Notes under the pieces: generated by a model | The model's input: the letters and a program-made list of their open reading frames with translations, nothing else | The model's database searches: none | What the model was told of the DNA's origin: nothing | Translations under genes and position numbers: made by a program | Assembly: GCA_948964545.1 (NCBI GenBank) | Contig: CAREDV010000001.1 | Location: 351,942-415,941, forward strand | Direction of reading: 5' to 3' | Length of the DNA: 64,000 bases | From: an uncultured bacterium | Lineage (GTDB): Bacteria; Cyanobacteriota; Vampirovibrionia; Gastranaerophilales; Gastranaerophilaceae | In this document: piece by piece, positions 27,173 to 37,967 of the stretch | Position numbering within the stretch: the first letter of the stretch is position 1 | Layout: every line of letters begins with the position of its first letter

Positions 27173-30010
27173 ATGCTAGACACGATTACGATAAGAGGGG
27201 CAAAGGAACACAACCTTAAAGATGTTTCTTTAAAATTGCCGAAAAATGAATTAATTGTTTTTACAGGTGTATCAGGGTCGGGTAAATCTTCACTCGCATT
27301 TGATACGATTTTTGCAGAAGGTCAAAGACGTTATATTGAAAGTCTTTCAACTTATGCACGTCAATTTTTGGGTCAGATGGATAAGCCTAATGTTGAATAC
27401 ATTGACGGGCTTTCACCTGCAATTTCTATCGACCAGAAATCAACGAGCAACAATCCGCGCTCTACTGTCGGTACGGTAACTGAAATTTATGATTATTTAA
27501 GACTTCTGTATGCACGTGTCGGAACGCCATATTGTCCGAATTGCGGTGATGAGATTAAACCGCAGACGATTGATGAAATTGTTAACAGTATTATGAAGCT
27601 CGGCGAGGGGACTAAAATTCAGATACTTGCACCGATTGCCCGTGGTAAAAAGGGGGAATTTTCGTCAACTTTTGAGGAATTAAGGCAAGAGGGCTTTGTA
27701 CGAGTAAAAGTAGACGGGGAAATTTATAACCTTGATGAGGATGAAATTTCGCTTGCTAAAACAAAAAAACATGATATTTTAGCGGTAATAGACAGAATTG
27801 TTGTAAAAGAAAGTGCTCAATCGCGTATTGCAGACAGTGTTCAGATTGCTTTGAAAAAAGCTGACGGAACTGCGGTGGTTGATGTTGCAGGCGGCAGCGA
27901 GGTGATATATAGCGAAAAACTTGCATGTCCTAAATGTAATTTAAGTTTTGAAGAACTTGCACCAAGAATTTTTTCATTCAATGCTCCTTATGGAGCTTGT
28001 GACAGATGTTCCGGGCTTGGGGCTGATTTTGTTGTAGATCCAGACTTGGTTGTTCCTGATAGAACAAAGTCCTTAAAAGATGGTGCGATTTATCCATGGT
28101 CAAAAACTTCTACACAGTATTATGAGGATGTTTTAAAATCAGTTTGTTCTCATTTTAAGATTGATATGGATAAGCCTTTTGGTGAGCTTACTCCTGAACA
28201 GCAAAAAATAATCCTTTATGGTCATGATGATCTTGTAAAATTTCATGTAATGCGTTTTGGCACTCATCGTTATGAAACAAAATACCATAAATTTGACGGG
28301 GTTATTAAGTTTTTGGAAAAACGCTACAATGATTATAACAGCGAATATTGGCGTGAAGAAATTGAAAAATATATGACAACAACTCCTTGTCCTGCTTGCG
28401 GCGGGGCGAGATTGAAGCCGTTTCCGCTTGCTGTAAGAATTAAGGGTAAAAATATTTATGAATTCACCTTATTATCTGTTGAGGATGAATTGCAATTTAT
28501 TGAGGATTTGTATTTGGAGTTAAATGAATTTCAGATGCATATCGCAAAACAGATTTTGGATGAAATCAGGGCTAGATTGAGGTTTTTAAAAGATGTCGGT
28601 CTTGGATATCTTAATCTTGCAAGAAGTGCAGGAACTCTCTCTGGCGGCGAGGCTCAGCGTATCAGACTTGCAACACAAATCGGGAGCGGACTTTCTGGAG
28701 TATTATACGTTTTGGATGAACCCTCAATCGGTCTGCATCAGCGGGATAACGACAGGTTAATCAAGACTCTTATAAAGTTGAGAAATCTCGGTAACACTTT
28801 GATTGTTGTAGAACACGACGAAGATACAATTAGAAACGCTGATTATATTGTTGATATCGGGCCGAAAGCGGGTGTAAACGGCGGAAAAGTTATCGGTTAT
28901 GGCTCAGTTGACGATATTATCAAAGCTAAAGGCTCAATTACGGGTAAGTATTTAAGCGGAGAAAAATATATTCGGATACCTAAAAAGGTTCGTGAGGGTA
29001 ACGGCGAATTCTTACGTGTAAAAAATGCGCATATTAATAATCTAAAAAATATTGATGTTGATATTCCGCTTGGTAAAATCGTTTGCCTGACTGGAGTTTC
29101 TGGGTCTGGAAAATCCTCATTGATGCAGGATTTGGTATATGAATATGCTATTCACAAACTCCGTAAAAACCGTCCAAAACCGCAAGGGGTAGATGAAATT
29201 ACTGGATTTGAACATATTGACAAAATTATTGATATTGACCAATCGCCAATCGGCAGAACTCCGCGTTCAAACCCTGCAACTTACACTGATTTGTTTACGC
29301 ATATCAGAGATTTGTACGCAAAGACAAATGAAGCAAAATTACGCGGCTACAAACCTGGAAGATTTAGCTTTAATGTTAAAGGCGGACGATGTGAAGCATG
29401 TAAGGGTGATGGCGTGTTAAAAATTGAAATGAACTTCTTGTCTGATGTTTATGTGAAATGTGATGTGTGCAAAGGTAAACGTTATAACCGTGAAACTTTA
29501 GAGGTTAAATATAAAGGTAAAACAATTGCTGATGTGCTTGATATGAGTGTTAAAGAAGCATTGGAATTTTTTGACAGTATTCCTGCAATTAAAACAAGAT
29601 TACAGACTTTGTTCGATGTCGGATTGGATTATATGAAACTCGGACAAAGTGCGACAACTCTATCAGGAGGCGAAGCTCAAAGAATTAAGCTTGCATCTGA
29701 ATTAAATAAACGTTCAACAGGTAAAACTCTTTACCTGCTCGATGAACCGTCAGTCGGCTTGCACTGGTATGATTTGGACAAATTGATAAAAATTCTTCAA
29801 CAGCTAGCAGACCAGGGAAATACAATTTTGGTTATAGAACACAATCTTGATTTTATTAAAATTGCAGATCATATAATTGATTTAGGCCCTGAAGGCGGTG
29901 TTGGCGGCGGGCAGATTATTGCTCAGGGAACACCCCAGCAAGTTGCAAAGTGCAAAAATTCTTATACTGGTCAGTATTTGAAACCGATATTGACAAACAG
30001 TAAAATATAA
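27173..30010 (+). CDS. uvrA: Excinuclease ABC subunit A
   Basis: Two GVSGSGKSS Walker A motifs, LSGGEAQRI twice, zinc fingers. Confidence 0.99.
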   Translation: MLDTITIRGAKEHNLKDVSLKLPKNELIVFTGVSGSGKSSLAFDTIFAEGQRRYIESLSTYARQFLGQMDKPNVEYIDGLSPAISIDQKSTSNNPRSTVGTVTEIYDYLRLLYARVGTPYCPNCGDEIKPQTIDEIVNSIMKLGEGTKIQILAPIARGKKGEFSSTFEELRQEGFVRVKVDGEIYNLDEDEISLAKTKKHDILAVIDRIVVKESAQSRIADSVQIALKKADGTAVVDVAGGSEVIYSEKLACPKCNLSFEELAPRIFSFNAPYGACDRCSGLGADFVVDPDLVVPDRTKSLKDGAIYPWSKTSTQYYEDVLKSVCSHFKIDMDKPFGELTPEQQKIILYGHDDLVKFHVMRFGTHRYETKYHKFDGVIKFLEKRYNDYNSEYWREEIEKYMTTTPCPACGGARLKPFPLAVRIKGKNIYEFTLLSVEDELQFIEDLYLELNEFQMHIAKQILDEIRARLRFLKDVGLGYLNLARSAGTLSGGEAQRIRLATQIGSGLSGVLYVLDEPSIGLHQRDNDRLIKTLIKLRNLGNTLIVVEHDEDTIRNADYIVDIGPKAGVNGGKVIGYGSVDDIIKAKGSITGKYLSGEKYIRIPKKVREGNGEFLRVKNAHINNLKNIDVDIPLGKIVCLTGVSGSGKSSLMQDLVYEYAIHKLRKNRPKPQGVDEITGFEHIDKIIDIDQSPIGRTPRSNPATYTDLFTHIRDLYAKTNEAKLRGYKPGRFSFNVKGGRCEACKGDGVLKIEMNFLSDVYVKCDVCKGKRYNRETLEVKYKGKTIADVLDMSVKEALEFFDSIPAIKTRLQTLFDVGLDYMKLGQSATTLSGGEAQRIKLASELNKRSTGKTLYLLDEPSVGLHWYDLDKLIKILQQLADQGNTILVIEHNLDFIKIADHIIDLGPEGGVGGGQIIAQGTPQQVAKCKNSYTGQYLKPILTNSKI

Positions 30011-30025
30011 TTTAAAGTTGGTGAT

Positions 30026-30622
30026 ATGAAAAGATTAGTTTTAATTTTGTGTATACTAACACAGCCAGTTATGGCAAAAACAATTCCTGTCCAGGCGCTG
30101 GATGATTTCTCAACTGTAAATCCGCCGCAAGAATATTCTGTTAAAGTTCTTGATGAATTGTATCTTGATGAACAAATTACCTTAAAGGAAAATGACATTT
30201 TGAAAGGTAAAATTGTTGATGTAAAAGATCCAAAACGATTAAAACGTAATGCAGTTTTTACATTTGTGCCTGAAATTTTAAAGTCTGATAGTGAAATAAT
30301 TGAATTAAAAGGTTATTATCCAGCTAAATATACGACAAAGTTAAACAAAGGACAAATGGCAAAAAGTGCAGCACTAGGCGTTGGAAACTATTTTGTTAAA
30401 GGACTTTCTATGGGTTATAGCGCAATTGAGGGCGCAGTTAAAAATGAACAGGATAATCGTTTGAAGTCAGGTGCGGTATCATTATACGAAAATTCACCGT
30501 TTTCTTATGTGGAAAAAGGTCACGAAATTGTGATTGAAAAAGAGCAGGTTTTTCTTTTAAACTTTAAAGTTAAAGATGTTGAAAGTCTGCCTAACTATGA
30601 ATATGAGGAATTGACGGAATAA
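30026..30622 (+). CDS. Exported hypothetical protein
   Basis: Signal peptide; AKTIPVQALDDFSTVNPPQ. Confidence 0.75.
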   Translation: MKRLVLILCILTQPVMAKTIPVQALDDFSTVNPPQEYSVKVLDELYLDEQITLKENDILKGKIVDVKDPKRLKRNAVFTFVPEILKSDSEIIELKGYYPAKYTTKLNKGQMAKSAALGVGNYFVKGLSMGYSAIEGAVKNEQDNRLKSGAVSLYENSPFSYVEKGHEIVIEKEQVFLLNFKVKDVESLPNYEYEELTE

Positions 30623-30667
30623 TAAAATTATGTTATTATCCTATTGTAATAATTGGAGAATCTTAAT

Positions 30668-31282
30668 ATGAAAAAGATATTAGCGATATTTGCATTATTG
30701 ATAGGGCTTTCAGCAGTGCCTGCATTTGCTAAAACGACACCTGTTCAAACATTGCAGGATTTTTCGTTTTCAAACCCGCCTCAAACATTGCTTGTTCGAA
30801 TTTTGTCTAACGTAAGACTTAATAAAGAAACAATGCTTCATGAGGGATTTTATGTGCTTGGTCAAATTCAGACAGCAGGTAACGGCTTTGTATTCGTGCC
30901 TGTAAAATATCAGAATGTTCATAATGAAGTTTATGATATCACAGGTAATTATCCAGCAAAATTCATAGAAGTTATTGAAGGCGGTGCTCAAGGAAGTATC
31001 CCAAAAGATGCAAAAATATTACTTGATTTTGTAATTGAGCCTGAAGCTGTTGATAATTCTATTGGCGAAAGATTTCAAGGTGTAGATTCTTCTAACGGTA
31101 TTTCTGCAATCGTAAATAAGTCTGATATGGTAATTTATGACAACGAAATTCCGCAGACAATGAAAGATTTTCCAGGAATTAAATTGAACTCATTTGATAA
31201 TGGAAGCAATTTTAATATTCCGCGTAAATTGATGATTCAGTCGGAAAAGAAAAACAGTAATATAAATTATTTGAAAAAATAA
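30668..31282 (+). CDS. Exported hypothetical protein, tandem paralogue of 30026
   Basis: Signal peptide; AKTTPVQTLQDFSFSNPPQ, F.FVP, YPAK shared with 30026. Confidence 0.75.
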   Translation: MKKILAIFALLIGLSAVPAFAKTTPVQTLQDFSFSNPPQTLLVRILSNVRLNKETMLHEGFYVLGQIQTAGNGFVFVPVKYQNVHNEVYDITGNYPAKFIEVIEGGAQGSIPKDAKILLDFVIEPEAVDNSIGERFQGVDSSNGISAIVNKSDMVIYDNEIPQTMKDFPGIKLNSFDNGSNFNIPRKLMIQSEKKNSNINYLKK

Positions 31283-31311
31283 TAGAAAATAAAATTTTAA
31301 AAAGTCGCGGT

Positions 31312-31455
31312 TTAAACTTGAGCCGCGACTTTTAATTTGCCATTGCCTGAAAGAATAATTTCAGTATCCTTACCATTTTGAGAGATGATAAGCTTAGTTT
31401 TCTGAATGTTATTTTCCATAAAACGTGAGATTTCTTTAACTTTTAAATCGTTCAT
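31312..31455 (-). CDS. Small hypothetical protein, 47 aa
   Basis: AAGGA RBS; MNDLKVKEISRF...LKVAAQV. Confidence 0.55.
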   Translation of the reverse strand: MNDLKVKEISRFMENNIQKTKLIISQNGKDTEIILSGNGKLKVAAQV

Positions 31456-31563
31456 ATATTTCCTTTTTAATTTTATATGTTTTAATGATAACAGATTTTT
31501 GAAGGATTTCAACCCTCTGTAGAATTATATAAAGTACGAACAAAATATTTTTTGCTAAAAATA

Positions 31564-31596
31564 AAAAAAAGACCGATTATAAAATCGGTCTTTTTT
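31564..31596 (-). terminator. Terminator after tsf
   Basis: GACCGATT/AATCGGTC stem flanked by A/T runs. Confidence 0.85.
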
Positions 31597-31638
31597 AGCT
31601 TTGAAAATTACTCCAAAACCCAATGGACTACGTAGTGC
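31597..31638 (-). repeat. Dispersed element type A after the tsf stop
   Basis: ACTACGTAGT palindrome followed by CATTGGGTTTTGGA. Confidence 0.6.
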
Positions 31639-32502
31639 CTAGCCTTTGATTTGGCTCATTACTTCATCAGCGAAGTTTTCTTGACGTTTTTCAAGACCTT
31701 CACCAAGCATATATCTTGTGAAGGCTTTTACTGTCAATTTACCTTCAATCAATTGTCCAACAGTCATATCTGGGTTTTTGATGAACGGCTGTTCTAAAAG
31801 AACTTTGCCTGCCATAATTTTGTTTACTCTGCCTTCAACAATTTTTGCTCTGATTTGTTCAGGTTTTTTCAACAAGTCTTCTTTACCCATTTCAATTTCT
31901 GTTTCGTGATCGATTACAGATTGAGGGATTTCATCTCTTGTAATGAATTCTGGAGCTGAAGATGCTATGTGTAAACAAATATCGTTTAACAATTCATCAT
32001 CTTTTTTATCAGCTTGAACCAATACACCGATTTTACCATTGTGAATGTAAGAAGCTGTAGCACCTTCGTAGCGTACGAATCTTCTGAAAGTAATTTTTTC
32101 GCCGATAGAAGCGATTTTTTCTTTAATAACTTCAGAAATAACTTTTCCGCATTTTTTGCAAGTTGAGTTTAATAAAGCATCAACATCTGCAGGATTTTCA
32201 GAAGCAACAACTTCAGCAAGACCTGCTGTTAATTCTTTGAATTCTTCATTTTTAGCAACGAAGTCTGTTTCACAGTTAACTTCAACCATAGCACCTGCAT
32301 TATCAAGGATAGATGCTGCTACTAAACCTTCAGCAGCAATTCTTCCCATTTTTTTATCAGCAGAAGCCATACCTTTTTGGCGAAGTACGTCCATAGCTTT
32401 TTCCATATCACCGTCGGTTTCAACAAGAGCTTTTTTAGCATCCATCATGCCTGCGCCTGTTTTGTCGCGGAGTTCTTTTACCATTTGAGCTGTAATATTC
32501 AT
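31639..32502 (-). CDS. tsf: Elongation factor Ts
   Basis: VKELRDKTGAGMMDAKKAL, EVNCETDFVAKN. Confidence 0.98.
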   Translation of the reverse strand: MNITAQMVKELRDKTGAGMMDAKKALVETDGDMEKAMDVLRQKGMASADKKMGRIAAEGLVAASILDNAGAMVEVNCETDFVAKNEEFKELTAGLAEVVASENPADVDALLNSTCKKCGKVISEVIKEKIASIGEKITFRRFVRYEGATASYIHNGKIGVLVQADKKDDELLNDICLHIASSAPEFITRDEIPQSVIDHETEIEMGKEDLLKKPEQIRAKIVEGRVNKIMAGKVLLEQPFIKNPDMTVGQLIEGKLTVKAFTRYMLGEGLEKRQENFADEVMSQIKG

Positions 32503-32526
32503 TAAATTTTTCTCCTTTTGGAATTC

Positions 32527-33303
32527 TTATTCTGCAACTACTTCAGTTTTTTCTTCAACAGTAACGCCTGCGTCTTCAGCTTTAATAGCTTCAACTTTTC
32601 TTGCATTAGCGTTAGCTTCTCTTAATTGTTTACCTTCCAAAACAGCGTCAGCCAATTTAGATGTAATCAATTTGATAGAACGAATAGCATCATCGTTACC
32701 TGGAATGATGTAATCAATTCCGTCAGGATCAGCATTTGTATCAGCCAAGCAGATTACAGGGATATTAAGTTTGTTAGCTTCAAGAATAGCGATATCTTCT
32801 TTTTTCTGGTCAACGACGAAGATTAAATCTGGCAATCCTCTCATTTCTTTAATACCGCCTAAAGTTTTGCTTAATTTGCCTAATTCTCTGTTCAATTTAG
32901 CAATTTCTTTTTTAGGTAATTTTTCAGCGTGTCCTGAGTTGATGAATTCTTCTAATTCTCTAAGTTTGTTAACACGTCCTCTGATTGTTTCAAAGTTTGT
33001 CAACATACCGCCTAACCATCTTCTGTTGATGTAATAAGCGCCTGATCTTAAAGCTTCTTCTGCTACAACTTCAGCAGCCTGTTTTTTAGTTCCTACGAAC
33101 AAGATATTTTTGCCTTTGCTTGCGTATTCTCTTACAACATCATAAGCTTTATCAAGCAAATCTGTAGTTTTACGCAAATCTAATACATAAATTCCGTTTC
33201 TTGCGCCGTAAATATACGGTTTCATTTTAGGGTTCCATCTTTGTGTTTGGTGTCCGAAGTGTACACCTGCTTCTAAAAGTTCAATCATAGATGCTACTGG
33301 CAT
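32527..33303 (-). CDS. rpsB: 30S ribosomal protein S2
   Basis: [39 protein letters not shown]. Confidence 0.99.
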   Translation of the reverse strand: MPVASMIELLEAGVHFGHQTQRWNPKMKPYIYGARNGIYVLDLRKTTDLLDKAYDVVREYASKGKNILFVGTKKQAAEVVAEEALRSGAYYINRRWLGGMLTNFETIRGRVNKLRELEEFINSGHAEKLPKKEIAKLNRELGKLSKTLGGIKEMRGLPDLIFVVDQKKEDIAILEANKLNIPVICLADTNADPDGIDYIIPGNDDAIRSIKLITSKLADAVLEGKQLREANANARKVEAIKAEDAGVTVEEKTEVVAE

Positions 33304-33438
33304 CGGTTTTCTCCTTTTTTTACTTATTGTACTACGGGCTAAACCGCCCCATCCTAGGGCTTTTACAAATATTAAAAGGAAATCCTTTTTATTTTGCCGC
33401 CTTGGACTAGGGTAAAACCTATCGGGCTGGTGTAACCG
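33304..33438 (-). promoter_or_regulatory. rpsB 5' leader, probable S2 autoregulatory RNA
   Basis: GC-rich ~130 nt leader upstream of rpsB-tsf; such leaders are established in other bacteria, structure not verified here. Confidence 0.4.
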
Positions 33439-33477
33439 ATATTATTGTAATACAAACATAGCAGGATGCAAAGTGTC

Positions 33478-33542
33478 ATTGTAAATAAATGTAACAAATT
33501 GGGGCGCTCTTGAAATCGTAACTTTTTCAAATTGTTTATATA
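33478..33542 (+). promoter_or_regulatory. HLR1-like direct repeat plus GAAA-N19-TTTATATA promoter
   Basis: Minus strand GTTACATT-TA-TTTACAAT (33478-33495); GAAA 33512, TTTATATA 33535. Confidence 0.55.
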
Positions 33543-33573
33543 TGTACAGATAACAAAAAAGAGGACGAGAGAG

Positions 33574-33963
33574 ATGGCAATTTCAAATATTCACGAAACA
33601 TTGTTACTTTACACAAAACAAAAATCATTGATTAACGATAAGTTGTCTACTACAATGATGGACTTGTTAAATTCTTCAAAACAGACCGCTGAGTCTCAGG
33701 CTAAATATAATGATCAGATGAATGATATTTATTACAATTATTATGAAAGCGATCCTGAAACTTATGAACTTCTTGTTGAGCAGTGCGAACAGGAACATGA
33801 ATTGACATTAGCTAATTTGAATTCCTGGGAGCAGGAGCTTGAACTTGAAAAAAATAATTTGGAAACACGTTTGAACGAAATTAATACATTTGAAGGTTCT
33901 TGGACAAAACTTTTACAAACCAATATCAAAGGCGATTTCTCATACGGCGGAGTTTCACAATAA
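33574..33963 (+). CDS. Lineage-specific coiled-coil protein
   Basis: MAISNIHETLLLYTKQKS...NIKGDFSYGG; terminator 33971-33997. Confidence 0.78.
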   Translation: MAISNIHETLLLYTKQKSLINDKLSTTMMDLLNSSKQTAESQAKYNDQMNDIYYNYYESDPETYELLVEQCEQEHELTLANLNSWEQELELEKNNLETRLNEINTFEGSWTKLLQTNIKGDFSYGGVSQ

Positions 33964-34013
33964 GAGATTTAAAAAGCGGTTTAAAACCCGCTTTTTTGTT
34001 GTATTATATATGT

Positions 34014-34970
34014 ATGGAAAAGTTAGGTGCATTTATAGTTCCGACAGGAGTCGGGGCAACAATAGGCGGATTTGCGGGCGATGCTTCAGCTTATGCAAGA
34101 AAATTTGCAAAAAAATCAAAACTTATAGTTAACCCCAATGTTGTTAACGCAGGAGGATTTTCAGGGATTACCGAAAATATGTTTTATGTTGAGGGCTATT
34201 CTCTTGATGAGTTTTTTAAGGGAAATCTAAATTTGACCCCGTCAGAAAACAATAAAATCGGTATTGTTTTTGATAAGGCAATTCCCGAAGATGTTTTTAA
34301 TGTTCATCTTAATACGGTTAATGCTGTTAAATGCGTTTACGGAGTTGATGTTCAGGCTTATGTTATCACCGATGAAGAAATCGGAGTGGAATTTAATATT
34401 GATGAAAGCGGAATTTCTACAGGCAGTGTGAAAAATATAGAAACTATGCTTAAAGCTTCAAAAGAACTTCTGGCAAAAGGCTGTAATGCAATTGCTCTTG
34501 TTTGTTTATTTGAAGATCCCGAGGGTGATAATGAGGATTATGCAAATGGGCTTGGAACTGATCCTGTAGGCGGTGTGGAGGCTATTTTATCGCATTATAT
34601 TTCAAAGGAGCTGAAAGTCCCTTGTGCGCATTCGCCTGCTTTTAGAGATTATCAAATATACTCTGATTTAGTTGATGGAAAATCTGCATCAGAATATATT
34701 ACACCGACATTTTTGCCGTGTATTTTGTTAGGCTTGAGTCAAGCTCCTATGCTGTCTGAAAATGGCGAAATCAGCATTGATGATTTGGATTATCTTGTAA
34801 TGCCTTATGATTCACTCGGCTCAACTCCCGTATTTGAAGCGTTAAAGCGGAATATTCCTGTGTATGCCGTAAAAGAAAATTCAACGGCTTTAGACGTTTT
34901 GCCTGAAAAAATAAGTGATGAAATTATTGTTGTTAATTCATATCAACAACTAATTCAGGAAGTTCTTTAA
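34014..34970 (+). CDS. DUF3326 family protein
   Basis: IVPTGVGATIGGFAGDA, NPNVVNA, YVEGYSLD, DPVGGVEAILSH, CAHSPA; ATG 34014. Confidence 0.88.
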   Translation: MEKLGAFIVPTGVGATIGGFAGDASAYARKFAKKSKLIVNPNVVNAGGFSGITENMFYVEGYSLDEFFKGNLNLTPSENNKIGIVFDKAIPEDVFNVHLNTVNAVKCVYGVDVQAYVITDEEIGVEFNIDESGISTGSVKNIETMLKASKELLAKGCNAIALVCLFEDPEGDNEDYANGLGTDPVGGVEAILSHYISKELKVPCAHSPAFRDYQIYSDLVDGKSASEYITPTFLPCILLGLSQAPMLSENGEISIDDLDYLVMPYDSLGSTPVFEALKRNIPVYAVKENSTALDVLPEKISDEIIVVNSYQQLIQEVL

Positions 34971-35778
34971 GGTTGTAAAACAGTTGTGATGCGGTTTTAA
35001 AGTTTTCAGGGTCTGCACTGACAAAAAATTTTTCATACTCAAATTTGTCATTTAAAATAGTCAAGTCGTTTTTGATATTTTGTGCAAAATAAACTGAAGG
35101 GTCAATAAATTTGTCCTCAGGCATGAATTTTTTTAGGATATTCATCAAATAAGGATAATGCGTGCAGGCAAGAACTATTTTGTCAGGCGAATAAGTTTTC
35201 ACAATTTCAAGAATTTCTTTTACCTGTTCAATACTTTGCGGCTGATTAATCCTGTGTTCTTCAACTATTCTAACCCAATTAGGTGCGGGAATTTCAATGA
35301 CCTGCATTTCAGGGTTATATTTTTTTATTTCTCTTGAATAAGCATGAGATTTAATTGTTGCAGGTGTTGCGATTATGCAGAGTTTTTTTACATCAAGTTT
35401 TGCAAGTGTTGAGCATACGGATTGAATAATGGGATAAATTTTAAAATTATATTTATCTTTTAGTTTTTCATAAGCAGTTGCAGAACTCGTATTACAGGCA
35501 ATTACAACAGCTTTGGCATGTTTTTGCTCAAAGAATTTTAGAATATTATCCGCAAATTGAATTAATTGTTCCTCTGTTTTTTCACCGTACGGCATGTTTT
35601 TTGTGTCGCCAAAATACAGGTAATTTTCCTGCGGTAACAGTTTTTTTACTTTTTCAAAAACCGTAAGACCGCCTACTCCTGAATCAAAAAATGCTATTGG
35701 GTCCCCCCCTCTTGTCAGTTCCCCTTGAAAATGGGAAATGTAATTATTTGTTTTGTTTAAAATATTCTTGTATTCCAT
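34933..35778 (-). CDS. murI: Glutamate racemase
   Basis: FDSGVGGLTV, PYGEK, IACNTSS, LACTHYP. Confidence 0.96.
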   Translation of the reverse strand: MEYKNILNKTNNYISHFQGELTRGGDPIAFFDSGVGGLTVFEKVKKLLPQENYLYFGDTKNMPYGEKTEEQLIQFADNILKFFEQKHAKAVVIACNTSSATAYEKLKDKYNFKIYPIIQSVCSTLAKLDVKKLCIIATPATIKSHAYSREIKKYNPEMQVIEIPAPNWVRIVEEHRINQPQSIEQVKEILEIVKTYSPDKIVLACTHYPYLMNILKKFMPEDKFIDPSVYFAQNIKNDLTILNDKFEYEKFFVSADPENFKTASQLFYNLKELPELVVDMN

Positions 35779-37585
35779 CTGCTATCGCTTTGGCTGTTGC
35801 CTGTTTCCTTTTTTCTCCCACAAGCTGTGCTCTCTCATTTGCGTTTGAAATAAATCCTATTTCAATCAAAATTGCGGGTGATGTTGTATGATTTATAACA
35901 TAAAATTTAGATTTAAACAATCCGCGGTTCGGTGATTGAACAGCACTTGCAAAAGATGAGTGAACAACCTGCGCAAGTTCCATACTTTCTTGATGATAGT
36001 AGTGAGTTTCAACACCAGTAATTTCAGGTTTTACGCTTGAATTTACGTGAATGCTCACAAAAATATCAGGACAATATTCCTCGCTGATTTCTACTCTTTC
36101 CTGTAATGAAACTGTTGAATCGTCACTTCTTGTCATTTTAACTTCATAACCTTTTTGTTTGAGAAGTTTTTCGACACGTTTTGCAACATCAAGAGTAATT
36201 GCTTTTTCGTGAATTCCGCCGCCTATAGCGCCTGTATCAGAACCGCCATGTCCTGCATCTAATACAATACGGTGTTTGTCTGATGAAGTTTTCGGGTTTA
36301 CTGGATTAAGAATTATTGATGGTTCTTGTTTCTTTTTAACCTGTTTTATTTTGACTTTAAAACTTCTTCCATCAGCACCTAAATATGTATTAACCATTGC
36401 ATCCTGCTCAAAAGGAATGGTCAATTTCAATCCTATTTTTGGTATTAAATCTATTACTGCATCTTCAAAAAAAGTGTTTTTAAAGGCCTCTTTAAAATTT
36501 GCATCATTGTATTTTGAAACGTTATAAAGATAAATTATCAATTTGTCATTATATCTGTCCAGACCGTGAACTATAGGTGAATCAAACTTCAAAACCATGC
36601 TTTCGGTTAGTGAATTTTCTTTTTCTTTCAGATAATTAATTGCATTGCTGGAATGTGTAAAAAGTGTAGAATTATTTGTCTTTTTGTAGTTAGCAAGGAT
36701 TAATGACTGGTTATCCTCGGAATAAATCGGAATGTAATCGGCAACATCTTCGGTTGTAATTACTATACGTGCTTTGTTTACAGAAAACTGTCCTATTTTA
36801 ACGGATTCAGTTTCGTTAATTTTAAATTCTTTATTTCTTAATTTTGTGTCAACAAGAGTATTTGGCAGGTCGTATACTATTCGCGACGGGTTTTGTAATA
36901 TCATTGGGCGTTCTATAGTAACTGAGCCGAAGCCGTTTAGTAAAATTCCGTTTTGTCTTACAGAGATGTTGTTCAGATAATATTTTGTATTAAGTTTAAG
37001 TTCTTTTTTTGCAAATGTCTGTTCTGCTTTTACGTTGAATGCATCTTGAATTTGTCCAGTAATAGTGTCAGGTTGCTGCTCGACAGGAGTTGTTACTGTT
37101 AAATATTCGTAAAAATCGCTGGAGGATGAGTGTTCATCTCTATATGTGTTATTAAAATAATCGTTCTCAGCTATTATACCGTTTTTTAGTTTAATGATAA
37201 TATTATTTTTTAATCTTAAGAATTTAATGTTATCTGGATTAAAATCGTTATCATAATTTATAACTACTCTTATTTTGCAAGGGTTTACAGAAAACTGGCT
37301 GATTTTAATTTCTTTAATACCACCAGAATTGAATATCCAATCTTGTTTTGGAAATGTTGTAATAGCATTGTCGATATCAAAATATGCTTTATTTTCTAAT
37401 TTAACAAGCTTAATATTCTGATTAAGGAAATTTTCAGAAGTATCTTGTGCTGATAATACAATAATTGAATTTGATGTATCAAAATTCGCGTTTGTATATT
37501 TGTACAATTCATCTGCATAAGTTTTTGGAGCAAATGCAAATATAAACGAAATTAGTAATATAAATAATAAAAATAATTTTCTCAT
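35744..37585 (-). CDS. N-acetylmuramoyl-L-alanine amidase (AMIN plus Amidase_3)
   Basis: Signal peptide; LDAGHGGSD, FVSIHVNS, LIEIGFISN. Confidence 0.93.
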   Translation of the reverse strand: MRKLFLLFILLISFIFAFAPKTYADELYKYTNANFDTSNSIIVLSAQDTSENFLNQNIKLVKLENKAYFDIDNAITTFPKQDWIFNSGGIKEIKISQFSVNPCKIRVVINYDNDFNPDNIKFLRLKNNIIIKLKNGIIAENDYFNNTYRDEHSSSSDFYEYLTVTTPVEQQPDTITGQIQDAFNVKAEQTFAKKELKLNTKYYLNNISVRQNGILLNGFGSVTIERPMILQNPSRIVYDLPNTLVDTKLRNKEFKINETESVKIGQFSVNKARIVITTEDVADYIPIYSEDNQSLILANYKKTNNSTLFTHSSNAINYLKEKENSLTESMVLKFDSPIVHGLDRYNDKLIIYLYNVSKYNDANFKEAFKNTFFEDAVIDLIPKIGLKLTIPFEQDAMVNTYLGADGRSFKVKIKQVKKKQEPSIILNPVNPKTSSDKHRIVLDAGHGGSDTGAIGGGIHEKAITLDVAKRVEKLLKQKGYEVKMTRSDDSTVSLQERVEISEEYCPDIFVSIHVNSSVKPEITGVETHYYHQESMELAQVVHSSFASAVQSPNRGLFKSKFYVINHTTSPAILIEIGFISNANERAQLVGEKRKQATAKAIADGIQEYFKQNK

Positions 37586-37634
37586 TTGTTATTATTATAT
37601 AACTTTAAAATAAAGCTATCAAATTGTAACAATT

Positions 37635-37835
37635 TTATTTATTTATTAGACCGTTTTTAAGTGCTATATATACTGCATTAGCTCTATTTTTTGCACCTAA
37701 TTTTCTAAATATAGAGCTTATATGTGCTTTAACTGTATGAATACTAATTGATGTCAATTTGCTTATTTGCATATTGTTACATCCCTGCACTATTTGGTTC
37801 AAAATTACTGTTTCTTGAGCTGTTAATTTTTTCAT
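37635..37835 (-). CDS. Solo LuxR/GerE-type HTH regulator, 66 aa
   Basis: LTAQETVIL...ISIHTVKAHISSIFRKLGAKNRANAV; GAGG RBS before ATG 37835. Confidence 0.85.
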   Translation of the reverse strand: MKKLTAQETVILNQIVQGCNNMQISKLTSISIHTVKAHISSIFRKLGAKNRANAVYIALKNGLINK

Positions 37836-37967
37836 TTTGTACCTCAAGCAAACAATAACATAATGCTTGACTAAAATTTTAATAATAAATCCTTTTTTAT
37901 AAATTTGAATAAAAAAACTTGAAAAAATTTTTTTTTGAAGTAGAATAAAAACAGAAATGAAATCCGT

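Noticed and set aside
35703..35709. C7 run near the murI 5' end as another phase switch
   Set aside because: Shorter, opposite strand, lacks the TC/CAYT flanks, and the gene is in frame.
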